NCBI GenBank assembly: GCA_001662655.1
Contig: KV460210.1
DNA from: Pseudogymnoascus verrucosus
Lineage: Eukaryota
DNA length: 64,000 nt
Direction: 5' to 3' (one strand)
Shown here in pieces: positions 47,176-59,277 of this stretch. The notes below the pieces were generated by a model that was given only the letters and a program-made list of their open reading frames with translations, was not told where the DNA came from and ran no database searches. Positions within the stretch are counted from its first letter, which is position 1, and every line of letters starts with the position of its first letter. The position numbers and the translations under genes were made by a program.

Positions 47176-49128
47176 CTACCTATACTCCGCCATAAACCCC
47201 TCATGAAACTTCGCCAACCCCTCCACCCACTCCGTCCCCGGCGCCAAAAACGTGGTCCTAAAATGCAGCGTCCCCTCCTTCTGCCCAAAGCCTGCACCAG
47301 GCACAACACACACCCCCGTCGCCTCGAGCATCTTCATCGCATAAAACGCATCCGGGGTCTTCCCATCCTTCTTCGCCGCCTCAATCGCCTTCTGCGATAA
47401 GGTGATGGTGGGGAAGAGGTACATCGATCCCTGTGGAGGACCGCACTCTACGCCCTCCATGGCCTGGAACGCCTTGTGCAGCGCTGTGGCGCGGGATTGC
47501 AGACCGGCGAAGATGCCGTCGCGCTCGGATTTGTAGAGGTCGTATGATGGTTCGCCCTCGTTGGGGGGGTTGACCATCAACTCCACGAGGCATTGGCCGA
47601 TGACGGGCGCGCAGAGGGAGATGCTGACGAATTTGTAGATCTGCGCTACGACTTCTGGGTCGAAGCCGCAGAGCTCGAAGTATCCACCGCGGTGTCCGCA
47701 TTCGCCTACGATGCCCTTGGACACGGAGTGCAAGCTGACCAGCTCGACGGTGTCGTATTTCCCGGGCGTCTTCTTCTGCATATCCCTCAGCACGGCTTTG
47801 AAGCTGTGGAACTTCCCGATGAAGACGTTGGTTTGGTAGACTTCGTCGGCGAGGATGACGAGGTGCTCGGAGGCGGCGAGGTCGATCACGGACTCGACGT
47901 CCTCATATGACAGTGATGCGCCGGTGGGGTTACCGGGGTTGATGATGGCGATGGCGCGGACGTCGGTTCCGGCTTCCTTGGCGGTCGTGAGGGCGGAGGT
48001 GATGCTCGAGGCGGAGGTGGACCAGGCGTTCGCTTCGTCGAGATAGTAGGGGACGCAGGTGGCGTCGAGGAGGGAGAGGGTTGCGGTGTAGAGAGGGTAT
48101 TGGGGGATGGGGACTAGGACGCCGGTCTTTGGGCCGGCGCAGATGACGTGAAGGAGCGTGTTGACGCCGGAGGAGGCGCCGGCGCTGAGGTAGATGGAGG
48201 AGGGGTCTGCGGGGTGGCCGTCACGTTCTGGAGGGGGGGATGTTAGTTTGGGGTTCGGGTTGGAGGGGGGGTTATGGGCGACGTACTCTCGATGAACTTG
48301 GCGATGCTCTCTTTTATCCCCTGTGGGCCAGTGCTTGCACTGTACGCACCAACGCTGCCGACTTGCTCGAGCAGCCACTTTGCGCGCTCGATGACATCTT
48401 TCTTATATCCGAGCTGGTTCAGGAGGACGTCCTCCTTCTCCAGTAGCGGGGGGTACTCGAGGAGACTCAACACCTGGCGGAAGAAGGTGATGGGCTTCTG
48501 GTCGAGCTGTTGCGGGTTGCCGATGTTGGCCGAGATGACATTGTCGAAGGGGAGGTCTTTGCCTTTGCCGCTGGCGAGTTGGGCGCGGTATTCTTCCGAC
48601 CTGACGGCGAGCTCACCGCGGACGGCGTATTCGGCCTTGCGGACGTGGGGGTTGACGTTGTCGATGTTGAGGCTTCGCAGCCGCGGGGAGGTGGACATTG
48701 TGCGGTAGGTAAGGGGTGAGGAGCGGAGGATAGGTTGTTTGGCTGTGCAACAGAACTGTTAGTTTGGACGGTCGAATAAGAGATGCGTGGTGAGAAGGAG
48801 TATATAGTTGTAGGCAAAAGGAAAAATATAGATATGAGTGTGCGAGTTGACAAACTCGGACCGCGGGGGTTATAATACCCCTCCTTGCAGATTATCTGCA
48901 AGGGCCGCCAGCTCAACCACTGCTCAACTGCTGATCTTGCTGGGATGCACAGAGCGGCACGCGCGCATATAAGGATAAGGAAAAAGCAAGATGAGGCTTA
49001 CCAAGTAACACAGTCTCCAAGCCGAATCTAGTCAAAGCCGAAGTTGTAGAGGAGGAAGAGGAGGAGGATCGAGATAAAGTGGTGAAGCGGTTACAAGCAC
49101 CAGACGCAGAGACCCTTGATAAGGCCAT
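47176..49128 (-). CDS. ALT1: Alanine aminotransferase. Core exons 48698-48287 and 48227-47176 (~487 aa); optional upstream exon 49128-49002 spliced to 48742 (~544 aa)
   Basis: AEYAVRGEL, ANIGNPQQL, INPGNPTG, ADEVYQ, PLP-lysine SLHSVSKG...GECGHRGG, HFRTTFL. Confidence 0.96.
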
Positions 49129-50312
49129 GATGGCGGGGTCGACGCTCTTAAGTACGGCCTTTCGCAGGCTGTACTCTTGGTTTCACAGGTGGAGTAGTGG
49201 CCGAATGGCAGTCGTTCTGTCGTCGGACAGAGGGGAGTAGTGGGGTGGAACGAGACGCGATCAAGCAGGTCGAGGGACGTAATAGGGCCCTGCAGGCCAG
49301 GCACAAGGCGCGGTACAGCGAGTCGGAGTGCGGAGATCTGGAGGCGGGCAGGATAGTAGTGGGGAGGGATGACGGGTGCGGAGGTGGAGGGCGAAGTCCG
49401 TAGCCTATGATCTTCGCTGGGTTGAGAGGGGAAAAGGAAAGATCCGGCTTCGGCCGGCGTTGGCGCTCCGAGTCAGACTCCTGGCCGAGGTTTTTGTTGG
49501 GAGATTGGAGGGCGGCGAGTGAGAGGATTGAATTTCGATGATGGTCGAGGGAAGGAGGAAGGGGAGGATATTGGGGAAATAAGGAATTAAAAGGGTGGGA
49601 GGTGGGAAAAATAAAATAAATAGAGTGAAATAAAAAAATAAGGGTTTTGGAGAGCGGGAGAGGGGGTCCATTGAGAAAGCGGCCGCCTCCACTCAAGCAA
49701 TCGTACCGTGTCGCTGCCCCGCGTGTTGATGACGGCTGCTACCCTAACCCACAATCCCCAGAAATCGATATAATCGCGTTAAATTACACATTGCCGTCTG
49801 CTTATCAATATATATTGGATTGTCAGCTCAATTGAGGGAGATCGTGAGATTTGTAGAAATTATCGCGAAATATCACTAATCCTACGAACGAGACGCACAC
49901 AAGTAAACCCTCACCGAGTGGTTTTCCTATCTTGAAATATACGCCCTACTGCGGTGTGCCTGTAGCGTGGTAACCTAGCCTGTATGGAGCTCCACTATCA
50001 TTGAACGGTGAGCAAGGATATCTATGACTCCCGCAGAGCGATAAACGGGTCTATAATACCATATAGATGCGTCAGACTTGTAAACCGCGCGGGAACTATC
50101 GGAGTGGCTCCTATAACAACGGTCTCTATGGTTCCCATACTCTTGGCCCATCACACAACAACTGTGCTCTCAGACGAAGCCTTAACACGCAGCAAGTCAC
50201 GATCCCACCCACACGATGCTTCAATCAATGATCAATGGTCTCTCTGACGTCCATTCATATCATACACTATTCACCATCTAACCCCCTACTCCCCCCCGTC
50301 TACCCCACTCAT

Positions 50313-51904
50313 CTAAGCCCTCTCACTCCCCCTCAGCCTCACCGCCTGCCCATACTTCTGCAACTTCGTGATCAGCTGATCCCCCTGCTTGACCACATCA
50401 TTATACTGCTTATTCTTATCATCCGGCCTATTCGTCTCGATCACCCCCTTCCCCGTCACGCGGTCGATCGTACAAGGGATACGATCCGCCGCGATGAACT
50501 TCGCCAGGTCACTATATCAAAGATCCGTTAGCACATCCACTCTCAAAAATAGCCCTAGTTAAAGCGGGGAGGTGGGGTTCTTACCGATCGAGGAAATCCA
50601 CCGAGACGCCAAAGTCGTTAGCCATGCTCTCGAGCCCTACGACGCGATAGCTCTGCAGCAGCTGCTGGTACGCGCGCAGTCGCATCTCGCGCACGAACCA
50701 CCCGCGGTGCTCGTACAGGTAGCGGTCCTGCGTGAGGAAGCTCTCCTCGACGGCCGCGAGCGCGCCGAAGAACGAGCGGTAGCTGCCCGTGTACAGGCTG
50801 CTGACCAGCTGCGCCAGCGGCGAGAAGTCAACCGGCGCCTCGGTCTCGGGGTGGTCGGCTGACCCGGAGCCGAGAGTCGTCAGGTTGACGGCTGTCTTGG
50901 CGTGCGAAGGCGCGTCGTGCATGTCGGCGTCGCTGTTGGATCCGGGGCCAGCGGAGAGAGCGCCGGAGAGCGCGGAGAGCTTGTCTTCGCCCTCGCCGAG
51001 GATGGCTTTGATTTCGGGGGCGTCAACGACCTTTGACTTGAAGTCGACGCGCTTGAGTGATACGGAGCCGGCGAGGACTGAGTATACAACGAGGTTGGAG
51101 TAGGAGCACAGCTCGTAGCTGGTGAAGGTGGAGAGACTGTCGAGGAGGAGAGGTGCGGCCTGGTTGTAGTCGCGCACGGTGAGGAGGTGCAGGCCTTCGT
51201 AGGCCTTTAGGCGGTTGCGGCGGTCCCAGTCACCTCCGCTCTCCACCAGGGTCGATGCTCGCTCGACTTGCTTCTTGACGAGGACCTTGTCGCCGTAGAA
51301 GAGTCCAAGGCGGATAATCGCGAGGACCAGGTCGATCTTTGTGCCCAACACGCCCGTCTTTTCGAAAACTGCCTCGTAGCCTGCAATTGCCTTGTCCTAG
51401 ATGTAATAGTCAGCATCTTCTCGTACACCTTCCTGCCATAGATCATACCTTATCACCAACTCGTGCGTAGAACTCAGCCCTCTTCCCCCGAGCTGCCTGG
51501 ATCTCTGTCTCGCCAGCCTGCTCCTCAGCATCCTCTTCCTCCTTCTGGAACTTCTCCAGCTCCTCATCGTTATCCTTCTTCAGCTTCTCATACAGAGCCT
51601 CGTCCCACGGTAGGTCAACCTGAGACACGGCGTTCTTGCTAGTCACCATTCCCACGCTCGGTTTCCGTCCCGCAGGCTTGGTCGATTGTGACGACGTGCT
51701 CTGGCCCGATCCATTTAAGACGCCCTCTGTAGGATGTGCGAGGTACTTGTACAGCGGCGCCATCTTGTGTTCGGAGATGGCATCTTGAAGGCTCTTGAGG
51801 GAAGCTTGCTGTACGGATTTTGGCGCGGCTGCGTTTGTGAGGGTGAAGATGTTCTGGGCGAGAGGGAGGAGGGGGTATTTCGCGTATTGCGGTTCGGAAC
51901 CCAT
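50313..51904 (-). CDS. RPN7: 26S proteasome lid subunit Rpn7 (~488 aa); exons 51904-51449, 51396-50585, 50511-50313
   Basis: GGDWDRRNRLKAY, FVREMRLRAYQQLLQSY, IETNRPDDKN, KQGDQLITKLQK. Confidence 0.97.
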
Positions 51905-52496
51905 GGTGAAGTTCGAACCTGGAGGTGGAGAGTTGGGTCGGAGATGGTAGAGATTGGGGACGCGGTTCGATTGTGAGGTCGTGGGTGTGTTTGGTGATGC
52001 TGTAATCGCCTTTTGGGCCAGAAGCTCACAAGCTCACACCGCGAGGCAACACTAGCGCCGCGTATCCTGGGACGTGTGTGGAATGTTGACAGTTTTGTGG
52101 CCTTGGTTTCAAGGCTTCAATATAACAACTTACGGAGACAATGCAGCTTCAAAATTGCAGAAATAAGCGGTACATAACAGTAATTTCGAGCGTGGAAAGT
52201 GTTTATAGAAACTACTTATAATACCAGTGCTCTTAATTACTCTTAATCACTTAAGGCTGTTGATTATTACGTTACAGCCTCTCGCAGGTGAACTGTCCAC
52301 ACTTCCTTCAGCCGTGTTCCATATCCTAGCACGAGGCTACTCTAGCCTTAGGCTTAACGACAATTACTGAACCTTTGATCCTCAAACTGACAAGACAAAT
52401 ACAAATAATTTACAACTCACAATTTACAACTTACTTCTTACAATTCAATTCTTATACCAATACATCTAAAGATATCAGACCAATCTGAAGGCCAAA

Positions 52497-54164
52497 ATGC
52501 CTTCAGATGCCGCTGTTGAGGTCTCTGAACCTCAACCGCAACCCTTCAATGCGAACAAGCTCGAACCCGCAAAACGAAGGAACAGAACAACCTCATCCGC
52601 AACCTCCACACCCACCCATGTGAACTCAGATCACCCTGAAGGTGAATCCAACCCCCACGACTCCAAATCCAAAGGCCCCTACGAACCCCAACCCGAGCCC
52701 TTCGACGCCACCAAGCTCGAGCCCGCACGCAAGCGCCGCCGCTCCTCCATCTCCCCTTCCCGCTCCACGCCCCGCCGCGAGGAGCGTCCCTCCTCCCCCA
52801 AACCCGCCGCTGACGCGCCCCCAGCGAACACCGGCGACGACGAAGAAGACCGCCCTCGCAAGAAACGCCCCACGGGCCGCGCACGCATCACCGACTCCGA
52901 GCGTGACGAGATCCGCCAGCGCCAGCAGCAGCGCGAGAAAGAGCAGCGCGACGCCGTCGCAGCACACAATGCGCGCGGTATCCACGATGCAGTGAGACAG
53001 CATTATAACGCCGTGCCTGAGCGTGGCCGCGACTGGCGCCGCACGGACAGCCGCATCAAGGGCCTGCGTAGCTTTAATAACTGGATTAAGAGCACGATTA
53101 TCCAGAAGTTCTCGCCGAGTGAGGACTTCACGCCTGGTGGACAGCAGCCGGAGTATGGTGCGCCGCCAGTTAAAGGACTATTGGTGCTAGATATGGGGTG
53201 TGGCAAGGGAGGAGATCTGGGGAAGTGGCAGCAGGCGCCTCAGCGTGTGGATCTCTACGTCGGTCTCGACCCTGCCGATGTGTCTATTGGACAGGCACGG
53301 GAGCGCTACAGCCAGATGGCTAGCCGTGGCGGCGGTGGCAGAGGTGGCCGTGGTGGACGCGGCGGGTACAACAACCGCCCCCCACCCCGCCTATTCCACG
53401 GCGAATTCGCAGTGCAAGACTGCTTCGGGGAGTCCATTGAGAAGGTGCCCATCGTGCGGGAAGTCGGCTTCGATGCCTCGGGCGGCCCTTCCCGCTTCAG
53501 CGGCGGCCAGTTCGACGTCGTCAGCATGATGTTCGCGATGCACTACGCCTTTGAGTCCGAGCAAAAAGCTCGCATAATGCTGAAGAATGTGGCTGGCGCC
53601 CTCAAGAAGGGGGGGAGGTTCATTGGCTGTATCCCGGACTCTGATGTTCTGAGTGCGCGCGCAGTGGAGTTCAATGAGCGCCAGGCTGCAAAGAAGGCCG
53701 CGGCGCCGGCGCCGGCTGAAGGCGCAGAAGAGGGGAAACCCGCTACTGCTGTTGCTAATGGCGCTGCGCCAGCGGATCTGGACGAGGGCGAGATCGCCGA
53801 GACGGCCGAGTGGGGTAACGACATCTACCGCGTGCGTTTCGCGGGCCAAACACCCGCCGACGGCGTGTTTCGCCCTCCCTTTGGGTGGAAGTACAACTTC
53901 TTCCTGCACGAGGCCGTCGAGGAGGTGCCCGAGTACGTGGTTCCCTGGGAGGCGTTCCGTGCTATCGCTGAGGACTACAACCTCGAGATGCAGTATCACA
54001 AGTCTTTTGGGGAGATCTGGCGTTCGGAGAAGGACGATCCAGTGTTGGGCCCGTTGAGTGAGAGGATGGGTGTTCGGGGACGAGGGGGTGGAGGCTTGTT
54101 GGTGAGTGATGAGGAGATGGAGGCCGCGGAATTTTATGTGGCATTTTGCTTTTATAAGGTGTAG
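52497..54164 (+). CDS. ABD1: mRNA cap guanine-N7 methyltransferase (555 aa, single exon)
   Basis: VRQHYN, LRSFNNWIKS, SAM motif VLDMGCGKGGDLGKW, MFAMHYAFESE, VPEYVVPW. Confidence 0.96.
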   Translation: MPSDAAVEVSEPQPQPFNANKLEPAKRRNRTTSSATSTPTHVNSDHPEGESNPHDSKSKGPYEPQPEPFDATKLEPARKRRRSSISPSRSTPRREERPSSPKPAADAPPANTGDDEEDRPRKKRPTGRARITDSERDEIRQRQQQREKEQRDAVAAHNARGIHDAVRQHYNAVPERGRDWRRTDSRIKGLRSFNNWIKSTIIQKFSPSEDFTPGGQQPEYGAPPVKGLLVLDMGCGKGGDLGKWQQAPQRVDLYVGLDPADVSIGQARERYSQMASRGGGGRGGRGGRGGYNNRPPPRLFHGEFAVQDCFGESIEKVPIVREVGFDASGGPSRFSGGQFDVVSMMFAMHYAFESEQKARIMLKNVAGALKKGGRFIGCIPDSDVLSARAVEFNERQAAKKAAAPAPAEGAEEGKPATAVANGAAPADLDEGEIAETAEWGNDIYRVRFAGQTPADGVFRPPFGWKYNFFLHEAVEEVPEYVVPWEAFRAIAEDYNLEMQYHKSFGEIWRSEKDDPVLGPLSERMGVRGRGGGGLLVSDEEMEAAEFYVAFCFYKV

Positions 54165-54585
54165 GTTGTAAGATTCTGCTTGGTGGGATTTGCATTGGTT
54201 GGTGGAAATGGATTCATAGCGTTGGCAACTCAAATCTGGGGCCATGCTTATACGATAGAGAAAAAAGCGCACTCATACTCTGAGAATCAGGCAGAAGGTA
54301 GCTTTTAAGGGGTGGTGGAATCCTTACACACGGCGTTTCGATACAGGAAGCATAGCATATGGGTGATTTTTGCGAACTCTAGTCACTGACCTGAAAATAC
54401 AAAAACATTACGAAACTCCATCTCAGCCAAAGTGTAATGTGAATTGGCTATACGCCAGTCTCATAAAATATTACACGTCCACAAAAATAACAAACGCTGC
54501 CGTCAGTCATGCATCTATAATGGTATCAAGTCCCCCATCCGCCAGGCCCAAGCCCAAACGCCATCAAACCCATCCCAATCCCATC

Positions 54586-55914
54586 TTACATCTGCGTCCC
54601 CGCCACCTGCACCTCCTCATACCCATCAAACCCTTGATCCTTAGAATCCATATCCACATCCACCGCCTGCCCCTCCTCCTCTCCCTCACTCTCCCCCTCC
54701 GCCGCCGCCTCCGCAGCCTTCGCCCTCTTCACCTGCCTCTTCACCATCTCATCCTCATAAAACTCCCCCAACTCCAGCATAACATCACATCCCGAGCTCG
54801 GACACTTCAACTTCCTCACACCCGGCCCGCGATTCCGTCCCCTCGCCTGCGAATTTTCGTAAAATACCGTCGCGCCTCGTTCAAACATCTCTAACAACGC
54901 CGATTTCTCAAACGTATGCCGGCACACGCGGTTGCTATATGGGACCTCGAATAGCTTCAGCGTCAGAGGACACTTGAGACTGCTCACTGCACCCGCAAAC
55001 ACGAGGTCCTCGTCGCTCTCATCGCCATTGTTCGCCGCGCCGCGCGTAATACGGCCCTGTGCGCTCGCCTCGGTCGTCGATGGGAACCACGCCGATGATG
55101 GAGGCAGGGGTGGCGCGTTGGCACCATGGTGCGAGGCGTCGTGCACGTGCTTCTTGAAGGTCTGGTAGTCGTTGTTGTCAGCGTAGCGTGCTCGCATCGA
55201 TTTCGCGGCGTACTGCGCTGCGGCCGCGGCTTGTGCTTCGGCGAGGAGCTCCGTCACACTGGGGGTATCTGCTCCGGCGTCGGCGTCGGCGTCGGCGTCA
55301 GGGACCTCGAAGTCTGGGTCGTCCGAATTGTCGTCGTCCGAGCCGTCTACTGCGCGGCGCCTCCTCGGGTTGCGACCCTGGTGAGGCCGCGGCGCTGTAG
55401 CTGCCTTCTCCGCAACGCCCCTGATCAGGCCTTCTTGTCTCTTTAACTCCTCGGAGTAATCGATCAGCTCCCTTGTCGCCAGTTCCGCCTCCTGCGTCAG
55501 CCTCTCCACCTCAGCCTCTAGCTTCGCGACCCGTTCCTCCATCGCGACCTCATCCTCCGTCTTCTCCATCTCCCCCTCCTCATCCTCCCGTTGCGATTCC
55601 CTCGCTTTCCTCCGCTCAACCTGCCGCTCAAGCTTCATCCTGGCCAGGCTCAGTGTGTCATTGCTCTCCACCGTCGCGTTTGAGAGCGTCGTGATCGCTG
55701 TGGCGAGGTGCTTGCGGTACTTCCCGTAATCGGTATCGTCGACGAGTGTGTTGAGTTGCTGCTTTGCTGAGAAGGTGAGGGGGTGGACTGGTGGTTCGTA
55801 GGGGGGTAGGGCTGAGCGGGATGCGGAGGAGGATGCTTGGGTGCGAGGTGCGGCGGGGGAGGACGCTGCTGCGTCTTGGTTTGTGCGCGAGACAAGGCGA
55901 CGGCGTGAGGACAT
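54586..55914 (-). CDS. MMS21: Smc5/6 SUMO E3 ligase Nse2/Mms21 (442 aa)
   Basis: N-terminal coiled coil and C-terminal SP-RING SLKCPLT...P..NRVCRHTFEKSA...KCPSSGC. Confidence 0.85.
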   Translation of the reverse strand: MSSRRRLVSRTNQDAAASSPAAPRTQASSSASRSALPPYEPPVHPLTFSAKQQLNTLVDDTDYGKYRKHLATAITTLSNATVESNDTLSLARMKLERQVERRKARESQREDEEGEMEKTEDEVAMEERVAKLEAEVERLTQEAELATRELIDYSEELKRQEGLIRGVAEKAATAPRPHQGRNPRRRRAVDGSDDDNSDDPDFEVPDADADADAGADTPSVTELLAEAQAAAAAQYAAKSMRARYADNNDYQTFKKHVHDASHHGANAPPLPPSSAWFPSTTEASAQGRITRGAANNGDESDEDLVFAGAVSSLKCPLTLKLFEVPYSNRVCRHTFEKSALLEMFERGATVFYENSQARGRNRGPGVRKLKCPSSGCDVMLELGEFYEDEMVKRQVKRAKAAEAAAEGESEGEEEGQAVDVDMDSKDQGFDGYEEVQVAGTQM

Positions 55915-56324
55915 TGCGAGGAGGTGATGATGTGTAACGATAGAGTAGCTCTAGTTTAACCTCAAATTATAATGAAAACGTTGGTATACGTGAAGAAAAC
56001 GAGGGTCTTGTTGGCTGTCATCGGTCCCTGGCGATCGTTTGGTGGCGGTCAGTTTCCCCAAGGTGGGAGACGCGACTTTGGAGTGGGACACGCGATAATT
56101 AATTAAGCTGCCACCTTGCTGACTCATCACAATTAAACTATCACAGATAACCTTCACAACTGCGCCTCTTGCGATCCTTGTCCAGCTCAGCCTTCAATGG
56201 GTTTTAAATAAAAGATAGGATATCTCATAGAGAATTAGACTACGGCATTTGACTTTAACACATTGAATGATAGCTTGCCTTGTCATAACACCTACCGTTT
56301 GTTGATTGCCAGAGATAACCCACG

Positions 56325-58978
56325 ATGGATCCAATTTCCGCCATGGGCTGCGCGGCCAGTGTGATTCAATTCGTCGACTTTGGAAGGAAACTGGTCTCCG
56401 GAAGCCTTGAGATCTATCGCTCCGCTGATGGGATGTCAGCAGAGCATGTTTCAATAGGAGATATATCGAAAGGCCTTTCCGAGCTCATTATCCCACTCCG
56501 CGCAAGATCAGACACTCGCCTTGACAATGTGAGAAATGCCAACAAGAACCGCTCCAAAGAGAAGCTCAGCGTGGCGGAGAAAGAACTTAACCGGATTTGC
56601 AAAGATTGTGACGATATGGCCCAACAACTCTTACAAGAGTTGGACAAGATGAGACTTCATGGCGGGCAGAGGAAGTGGGGGAGTTTCAGACAAGCACTCG
56701 GCAACATGTGGAATCAGAGTCAGATTACTGCGCTTGAAAAAAAACTAGAACGCATCCGCAAGCAAGTCGACACAACCCTGTTAGTCTGTCTACGGTACGT
56801 CTAAGAAGCTATCCTCCTGGCCCGCTTATACTTAATGTAGATTATAGCGAGCGTGTAGATGCGTTATCGGACAATGGAGCCTCGCGCCTTAATGACGATA
56901 TTATGCAGGTCTTAAAAGAAAATAGGCAGTGGGAGGCAGACTTATTAGATGAGATCTCTAAGAATAATTGGCACGCTGAAAACCCAAAGGATATGTCGAC
57001 GTTCTCAGCACACTTGGATAGATCCGTCAACCAGGAGAGTAAGGCACAGTTCTGTCGCAAAGCTATAGCTTTTCTCAGATTTCCGAGTATGAGCGATCGC
57101 CATGAGAGGATATGCAAAAACCACCGAGCGACATTTGATTGGATCTTTAAGGATCCGAGCATAATAGATAAACCATGGGATGATTTTGTTAAGTGGCTAT
57201 CGAGTGACAATAGCGATGCCATATACTGGATAACCGGAAAGGCTGGATCCGGAAAATCAACATTAATGAGATTTATTAGTGAAGATCCACGTACTACGAA
57301 GCATCTGAAGCTATGGGCAAAAGGGGATCCCTTGGTAATTGGAAGCTTCTTCTTCTGGAACTCTGGCACAGCAATGCAGATGTCGCGGATCGGGCTAATG
57401 CAATCACTCCTATATCAAATGCTACGGGGTCGCCCAGAACATATACTGAAGATTTTTCAGACACGGTGGGAAGCTTATGATTCACTGAGGGGAGGTTCCT
57501 ATCCGTGGACATGGACCGAGCTAAAGCAGGCATTTCAACTTGTGCTCTTAGACAAGAGCTTGCGCTTTTTCTTCCTCATCGATGGCCTGGACGAATTTGA
57601 TGGCCAACATCGCGAACTCGTAGACCTCATTATCAGCGCTAACAAGCTCTCAAATGTTAAGATATGCGTATCTAGTCGTCCTTGGCTTGTCTTTGAGGAT
57701 GCCTTTGAAGGCCATCCCAGCCTCTTGTTAGAGCAGCTATCGTATTCGGATATCAAAATATACGTTTGTGACAAGTTCGATGAGAATAAGCGGTACGTTC
57801 AATTGAAAAGCCGAGAGGGTAGATACGCAGCGGATCTAGTTGAGAGTGTTGTCCAGAAGGCTTCTGGAGTGTTTCTTTGGGTTTATCTCGTGGTAGACTC
57901 ACTGCTGGAAGGACTGGATAACGCCGACAGAGTTAGCGACTTGCAGAGGCGCCTGGAACTTATCCCATCGGATTTGGAAGAGCTGTTCGATAAGATGCTA
58001 AACAGTCTCGAACCATTTTATTTCAGTCACGCATGTCAGCTCATTCAGATTGTCAGAGCTTCCCAGAAACCTTTAACCCTCTTAGCCTTATCTTTTGCAG
58101 ATGAAGATGGGCCTCTATCGGCTATACATGCTAAAATGGAACCTCTTAGTGAGGAGCAACGACTAGAGCGAGTTGAAATGATGAGGCGCCGGTTGAAGAG
58201 CCGGTGTAAGGGACTCATTGAAGCACCAGTTCGTCAGTCCAGAGCAGATTCATACGTTGAGTATATTCATAGGACAGCAAAAGACTTTCTTGAAACTCCC
58301 GATATCCGGGCCAAGATTCTACGGGGGACTGACAACCCCTTCGACCCTAATCGATCGTTATGCAACTCATATCTATTCCAACTTAAAACACTGTCGCTTA
58401 CAGACATAAACAGCATATACTGTTGGTACCATCTTCCTTGGTGCTTAGAATATGCAATTCAAGCTGAGCTTTCTGGCGGAAAGGCGTTAATAACATATAT
58501 TGACGAAGTAAGTCGAACATGCGAAGCGATTACTCTGCTATATACTGGACATGGTAACAAGCCCTGGGAGCCTTGGAGCAGCCATCTCTACGGGTCAATT
58601 CAGAACTTCATAGATCTCGCCGTCCGCTGCGGTCTTTACTCATATATGACTACCAAAGTTGATCGGCTGTCTCGAAAAGAACTGGCTTCTCTTCTCAAGA
58701 CTTCCGCGGAAGCTAATGGTGTACTTTCCGAATTCGATAAGACCCAAGCCCTTTCTGAGAGACCCTTTCCAGACTTAGAGATGATCAGGTTACTTCTAGA
58801 CTCTGGTGCTAGTCCAAGGCTCGCAGTTAACTGCGGTTTGAGGATGGATCAACTCGAAGGGTCTTTAAGAGATTTTATAAAATCATCGGCTAGTTCCCGG
58901 GTGGCGAGAACTAAGAGATGGTCTCGAAAAGTCGACGTTTTGTTTAAGGCGAAGAGAAAACCCCAGCTTGCAAGTTAG
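56325..58978 (+). CDS. NACHT-domain STAND NTPase, fungal NLR-like, with a SesA/HeLo-like N-terminal helical domain (~866 aa); exons 56325-56794, 56848-58978
   Basis: MDPISAMGCAASVIQFVDFG-type N-terminus, Walker A WITGKAGSGKST, Walker B FFFLIDGLDEF, KICVSSRP, ASGVFLWV, HRTAKDFL. Phase-2 intron GTACGT..CTTAAT..TAG. Confidence 0.9.
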
Positions 58979-59277
58979 AAGTTTGGATAGATACTACGGT
59001 GGTTGTGAGAAGATCGGTTGCCATGGCTAATTTTCTTATAATTAACAGGCTACGAGTGCTACGTTTCGGGATGGCGTTGCTGGTTGAAATATATGCAGGT
59101 TTCATATTATTGAACTTTTCAAACAATGGCATCATTGGAGCAGGAATTTTGTGTTTTTCATATTCTTGTTTTGTAGAGGACAGAAATATATCTGAGATCT
59201 ACGAATAATAAAGAATAAAACCATCGCTTGGGGGTTGGAGCACAGAATCGCTCCCACATCATAGTCTATAGCCTTCC

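Noticed and set aside
53391..54272. 293-aa minus-strand ORF
   Set aside because: Antisense shadow of GC-rich ABD1.
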